A stretch of DNA of 64,000 nt, from the NCBI RefSeq assembly GCF_964355755.1, contig NC_092670.1, positions 10,588,795 to 10,652,794 of the forward strand, given 5' to 3'. The notes under the pieces are model-generated. The model was not told the DNA's origin. It was given only the letters and a program-made list of their open reading frames with translations, and made no database searches. Shown here in pieces: positions 63,101 to 64,000 of the stretch (positions within the stretch are counted from its first letter, which is position 1; each line of letters begins with the position of its first letter). The DNA is from Antedon mediterranea (Eukaryota; Animalia; Echinodermata). Position numbers and translations under genes: made by a program.

Positions 63101-64000
63101 GACACATGAAATTAAGACTAGTGGTGAAATGCCTATAAGGCATAGGGCATATAGAACGCCCCAAGCATTAAAGGGTAAATTGAAAGAGGAATTAGATAGT
63201 ATGTTGGCTATGGGTATAATAGAACCTACAGTTAGTGCCTATGCTGCACCTATTATTGCCCTGAAGAAAGGCCAGAACCAAATTAGAATGGTGACAGAAT
63301 TTAGATCACTAAATAAGACTACACAATTTGACCCTTATGTTATGCCTCGCATAGACGAAATGTTGGATGAGGTATCATCCGCAATATACATAACTACGTT
63401 AGATCTAACTAAAGGATTTTACCAGGTGCCTCTGGATCCTAAGACCAAAGACAAATCAGCATTTATTACACAATTTGGACAGTATTGTTACAATGTACTT
63501 CCATTTGGTATGCAAAATAGCTCTAGTACTTTCCAAAGATTAATGGATAAGGTATTACAAGGTACTGAGGGATATGCTAAGGCATATATAGATGACATAT
63601 GTATTTATAGTCAAACTTGGAAAGATCATATTTTTCATTTGAATGATGTATTAGAAAGATTAAGTAGTGCTGGATTGACAGCAAAGCCTTTGAAATGTAA
63701 AATTGCCTATGCACAGGTAGAATTTCTGGGGCATAAGATTGGTAATGGAGAAATTAGACCCATGATTGATAAGGTTGAGGCTGTGGAAAAGTTCCCAGAC
63801 CTTTGTCTAAGAAACAAGTCCGATCATTTCTCGGATTAACTGGCTATTACAGAAAATTTGTACAGAACTATGCCGATATTGCTAAGCCATTGATTGATTT
63901 AACTTTAAAGAGTAAAAGTAATACCGTTAAGTGGAATGAACAATGTGAAAATGCCTTTGTAACCTTAAAGAAACGACTTACTGATGATAATGTATTAAAA
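60110..64000 (+). mobile_element. Gmr1-like Ty3/Gypsy LTR retrotransposon internal region (gag-PR-IN-RT), frameshifted, runs off the window; no 5' LTR seen
   Basis: SCAN-like gag, CFNCKEKGHKIGDC knuckle and LRDSGC protease (60152-61621); H2C2 + DDE integrase (61648-62712); RT with LDLTKGFYQ, PFGM, YIDD (62823-63839); the ORFs are in different frames. Confidence 0.92.

Overview
AT-rich eukaryotic genomic DNA with spliceosomal introns, from an invertebrate animal (a marine deuterostome such as an echinoderm is an inference). The + strand carries the last six coding exons of GTDC1/QTMAN (queuosine-tRNA mannosyltransferase), 621-26563. The - strand carries a tandem cluster of secreted fibrinogen-related-domain (FReD, ficolin/tachylectin-5-like) genes. 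FReD-1 is complete and nested antisense in a 15.4-kb GTDC1 intron, with an extra upstream signal-peptide+PAN/apple exon. FReD-2 shows 3 exons, FReD-3 is a pseudogene, and FReD-4 shows only its last exon. The ligand-binding loops of the paralogues are hypervariable, whereas degenerate copies of the same segment left in their 3' UTRs are nearly identical. The rest is dense, nested transposons: an intact CR1/L2-type LINE ORF with a signal-peptide-like leader and a 2A-like StopGo motif, a recent Penelope-like element with an inverted pseudo-LTR, a solo Penelope-type fragment with a minimal hammerhead ribozyme, a Gmr1-like Gypsy element (integrase before RT), and a Helitron inside a Helitron. There are also Helentron-, Kolobok-, Harbinger- and Mutator-like non-autonomous elements, a decayed TIR element encoding a PIN/XPG-like nuclease plus CXC, and Tx1 and Rex-Babar LINE relics. 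All calls are by eye; no database searches were run.
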